A stretch of DNA of 64,000 nucleotides from Octopus bimaculoides. Taxonomy: Eukaryota. The number at the start of each line of letters is the position of its first letter. Position 1 is the first letter of the stretch. The position numbers and the translations under genes were made by a program. The stretch lies in contig NC_068981.1 in assembly GCF_001194135.2 (NCBI RefSeq), positions 188,978,250 to 189,042,249 on the forward strand, in the 5' to 3' direction. Shown in pieces: positions 63,373 through 64,000 of this stretch. The notes beneath the pieces are model-generated. The model was not told the DNA's origin, did no database searches, and saw only the letters and a program-made list of their open reading frames with translations.

Positions 63373-64000
63373 ATATACAAGCAATGTCTAACATATTTGC
63401 CATCTAGTTATTGCCTTTAATTTCTCAACTAGTCATTTCCTTGGAGATTTTCAGATCCATAACCTCTTAACCATACTGAATGTTTAGACATGCTAACCAC
63501 TTCTGTCATTGCTTAGAGAAGCAAGGCAATATCACTTTGGTTCTTAGCACTCACTCAATTTAGAAGAAGGAACAGATGAATATAAATTGTGATATGCCGA
63601 GATGTATTCCAGGTTTTATAGGAAGGGAATTATCTTCCTTGTTATCTCCAGCACATAACAGGAACTGAGGGAGGACATAAATGGTCTCCTGGAATGTGTT
63701 GGTAGGAATTTCTGCTACGAGGTTCACTGTAGTACAGCAGAACTCAGATATTGATACACAAAGTTCATTGTAGCATCCCTTCATCATTTCCAGTTAATGT
63801 CTGCTTTCTATACTGGCATAGGTTAGGCAGTTTCACTGAAACTGGTAAGCTGGAGAGCAGTTACAGGTTCCAATCTGATTTAGCATGGTTTCTATGGTTG
63901 GCTGCCCTTCCTAATATCAAGCACTCAAAGTGTGTAGTGGGTGCCTTTTACATGCCTGGATAGCATTCTAGGTCATATCTCATTGATGTGAACCCTCTTC

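Overview
AT-rich, microsatellite- and retroelement-dense eukaryotic genomic DNA with six N-gaps. The repeat content (tRNA-derived SINE families, RTE/CR1 LINE remnants, mariner and maT fossils, long AT/AC/AAT runs) resembles a coleoid cephalopod, most likely Octopus. That assignment is inferred from recognition, not from a database search. The one clear gene is the 3' part of a Ca2+/calmodulin-dependent cyclic nucleotide phosphodiesterase (PDE1) on the + strand. I read nine GT-AG exons (2790-2930, 6847-6947, 10794-10919, 17979-18080, 23991-24111, 24201-24282, 24455-24667, 31527-31601, 32861-33051). Their phases are compatible and they join into 383 aa ending ...QKEELC*, covering nearly the whole catalytic domain; the N-terminal exons lie upstream of the window. 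Most six-frame ORFs are microsatellite, gap or TE artefacts. The most interesting signal is a set of minimal type-I hammerhead ribozyme motifs from four, possibly five, unrelated repeat families. Most have a self-complementary stem III, as in the dimer-type hammerheads of Penelope-like elements, and most sit in or next to inverted repeats. One family also carries a tRNA-like Pol III head, making it a SINE/retrozyme-like hybrid. A possible second + strand transcription unit (X-box/ETS promoter motifs plus three short exons) starts near 53.5 kb. TE boundaries are approximate unless a target-site duplication (TSD) or terminal inverted repeat (TIR) is quoted.
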